Positions 15,992 through 18,250 of a stretch of DNA of 18,250 bases are shown here, piece after piece. The translations under genes and the position numbers were made by a program. The stretch's first letter is position 1. Every line of letters starts with the position of its first letter. This DNA is from Tubiluchus corallicola. Lineage: Eukaryota > Animalia > Priapulida. Under the pieces are notes generated by a model, which searched no databases, had not been told where the DNA came from, and was given only the letters and a program-made list of their open reading frames with translations. The stretch covers positions 1 to 18,250 of the forward strand of contig JAQGDQ010002495.1 of assembly GCA_030141605.1 (NCBI GenBank), given 5' to 3'.

Positions 15992-17698
15992 TTATTGCAG
16001 TCTAATATCTGATACTGATGCTCCAGGTTCTATCATAGGAAAAACGTTCTCTTTTTTTTCTACATCTATGACCAAAAAATAAGATCCTTTGGATGAACAC
16101 ATTTCAATAAGAGCATCTTTTAAGTCTTTCTTTTTTGTTATTTTTTTTGCAGGAATATCATAAGCAGCCGCTATTTTTATAAAATTGGGATTTTTCATTT
16201 CTGTAAATGAATATCGCTTGTCAAAAAACATCTCTTGCCACTGCCTTACCATACCTAAACAGCTGTTATTGAGAATGAGTACTTTCAAAGGAATTTTATA
16301 TTCTGATATCACGCCTAATTCTTGCATTGTCATTTGAAATCCTCCATCTCCTATTATAGCTATTACATCTTTTTTAGTTCCTCCTATCGCAGCTCCTATC
16401 GCAGCCGGCAATGAAAACCCCATAGTTCCCAAGCCACCTGAGGTTATTAGGCTATTGGGATTTTTAAACCTATAATAGCGAGCTGTTATCATTTGGTGCT
16501 GCCCTACATCTGTAACAATTAGTGCCTCCCCTTTTGTTATTTCACTAAGTACATGTATTGCCTTTGCCATATGCGTTGATCCACCCTTCGAAGAGGAAAG
16601 TACAGGTTCTATTATTGCTTTATATTCCTTCTGTTCTTCTGTTCTAAACTCTTCTATCCATGCTTTATGGGAATTTGGTTGTACTTTCTTAGTGAGTTCA
16701 ATCAATGCTTGCTTGGCATCAGAGTTAATGCCAACAGTGGTTTTTATGATTTTATTGATTTCAGAAATGTCTATATCTATATGTATTATATCCGCCTGTG
16801 AGGCATATTTTTCTATGTTTCCTGTTACCCTATCATCAAACCGCATACCAATAGCTATCAACAAATCGCATTCGTTAGTCTTTATGTTGGGAGCATAGTT
16901 TCCATGCATTCCTAAATAGCCCACATACAGCTCGTGTTGAGTAGGAAAAGCTGACAATCCTAATAAAGTACTTGCCACAGGTGCTTTTATTTTTTCTGCA
17001 AATTTCAATAAGTTCTCTTCTGCTTGCGATATAGTCACTCCTTGCCCCACTAAAATAAAAGGCTTTTTAGCTTTATCGATCAGTCTTGCGGCATCATCAA
17101 CTCGCCTGCTGCTTACTTTTGGATAAGGATGATATCCTCTTATTTTGTTGCACGGCTTATACTCAAAGCCCTCTAACTCTTCAAACATTACATTTTTTGT
17201 AATATCTATCAATACAGGTCCAGGACGACCAGATGAAGCAATATAAAAAGCCTTTGCCATTACTTCTGCTATTTCACTTGCTTTTGTAATTTGAGCATTC
17301 CACTTTGTTATAGGCATCGAAACGCTTATGATATCTGACTCTTGAAATGCGTCTGTACCTAACAATTGATAAGGTACTTGTCCCGTAATAAACACCACTG
17401 GTGTGGAGTCCATAAATGCATCAGCAATTCCTGTTATTAAGTTCGTAGCACCCGGACCGCTTGTAGCAAAACAGACCCCAGTTTTTCTCGTTGCCCTTGC
17501 ATAGCCCTGTGCCGCATGTGCCGCCCCCTGTTCGTGACGTGCAAGGTAGTGTCGGAGTTTTCCTTCAAACTTATAAAAGTAGTTATATACTGGCATAATA
17601 GCCCCTCCAATATAACCAAAAACAACCTCAATATTTTCTTCTACCAAAGCTTTAAGTATTGCTTCTGATGCAGATATTTTTTGTTTTTTATTAGACAT
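15992..17698 (-). CDS. ilvB: Acetolactate synthase large subunit, biosynthetic type
   Basis: RHEQGAAHAAQGYAR, ATSGPGATNLITGIADA, GTDAFQE, GMRFDDRVTG, DVGQHQM, SGGLGTMGF, ThDP motif GDGGFQM..NN, GMVRQWQ. Confidence 0.98.
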   Translation of the reverse strand: MSNKKQKISASEAILKALVEENIEVVFGYIGGAIMPVYNYFYKFEGKLRHYLARHEQGAAHAAQGYARATRKTGVCFATSGPGATNLITGIADAFMDSTPVVFITGQVPYQLLGTDAFQESDIISVSMPITKWNAQITKASEIAEVMAKAFYIASSGRPGPVLIDITKNVMFEELEGFEYKPCNKIRGYHPYPKVSSRRVDDAARLIDKAKKPFILVGQGVTISQAEENLLKFAEKIKAPVASTLLGLSAFPTQHELYVGYLGMHGNYAPNIKTNECDLLIAIGMRFDDRVTGNIEKYASQADIIHIDIDISEINKIIKTTVGINSDAKQALIELTKKVQPNSHKAWIEEFRTEEQKEYKAIIEPVLSSSKGGSTHMAKAIHVLSEITKGEALIVTDVGQHQMITARYYRFKNPNSLITSGGLGTMGFSLPAAIGAAIGGTKKDVIAIIGDGGFQMTMQELGVISEYKIPLKVLILNNSCLGMVRQWQEMFFDKRYSFTEMKNPNFIKIAAAYDIPAKKITKKKDLKDALIEMCSSKGSYFLVIDVEKKENVFPMIEPGASVSDIRLQ

Positions 17699-17711
17699 AA
17701 GTATTGTTTTG

Positions 17712-18250
17712 TTAATTATCCGTTACACATCCCTCTGTAGCATTAGATACTAATTGAACATATTTTTTTAGTATTCCATAATTTGTTTTACAGGGTGGTT
17801 TTTTCCAATTTTTTCTTCTCTCTTCTATCTCTTTTTCTGTCAATTCCACCTCTATTCTATTGTTGTCGGCATCAATTGTTATTATATCCCCATCTTTAAT
17901 TAGTGCAAGAGTTCCGCCTTCAGCAGCTTCAGGGGTTATGTGTCCAACAACAAAGCCATGTGTTCCACCCGAAAACCTTCCATCAGTTATTAAAGCAACA
18001 TCTTTTCCCAGTCCCTTACCCATTACAGCACTCGTAGGCTTTAACATTTCTGGCATGCCCGGACCTCCTTTGGGTCCTTCATAGCGTATCACCACAACGT
18101 CTCCTTTTTGTACAGTCTTTCCTATGCCTTTTACCGCCTCAAACTCATTGTCAAACACTCTTGCCGTTCCTTTAAATTTGCTTCCCTCCTTACCTGTAAT
18201 TTTTGCTACTGCTCCCTGTGGTGCTAAATTGCCAAATAGAATTTGAATAT
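17712..18250 (-). CDS. ilvD: Dihydroxy-acid dehydratase, C-terminal part (5' end outside window)
   Basis: Frame open to the window edge ([22 protein letters not shown]); [38 protein letters not shown]. Confidence 0.98.
   Translation of the reverse strand, partial: IQILFGNLAPQGAVAKITGKEGSKFKGTARVFDNEFEAVKGIGKTVQKGDVVVIRYEGPKGGPGMPEMLKPTSAVMGKGLGKDVALITDGRFSGGTHGFVVGHITPEAAEGGTLALIKDGDIITIDADNNRIEVELTEKEIEERRKNWKKPPCKTNYGILKKYVQLVSNATEGCVTDN

Noticed and set aside
136-18084. Remaining short ORFs (63-121 aa) antisense or out of frame within longer genes
   Set aside because: All overlap well-supported genes and show no recognisable motifs.

Overview
AT-rich Bacteroidota (Cytophagales-like) chromosomal window, almost all on the minus strand. 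Left to right: a 5'-truncated 11-repeat TPR protein with an acidic tail (+); a frameshifted SpmA/SpmB (nucleoside recognition/Gate) fusion; a hidden, multiply frameshifted small membrane gene; a penicillin acylase-family Ntn hydrolase; the SRP RNA (ffs) with a full Bacteroidota promoter; a TPR + periplasmic-binding-protein gene; an apparent operon of dnaA, a PAP-like metallophosphoesterase lipoprotein and a beta-propeller/helical-domain lipoprotein, closed by a 16-bp terminator; a NUDIX hydrolase; a sugar-phosphate nucleotidyltransferase; and ilvN-ilvB-ilvD (ilvD runs off the window). Five genes carry small indel or stop lesions, mostly in homopolymer runs, which points to long-read consensus errors, although real decay or phase variation cannot be excluded. 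The best candidate for an uncharacterised system is the two-lipoprotein module (phosphoesterase plus propeller/putative alpha-alpha-barrel enzyme) directly behind dnaA. No CRISPR array, rRNA, tRNA or mobile element was seen. All family assignments are from motif recognition, not database searches.
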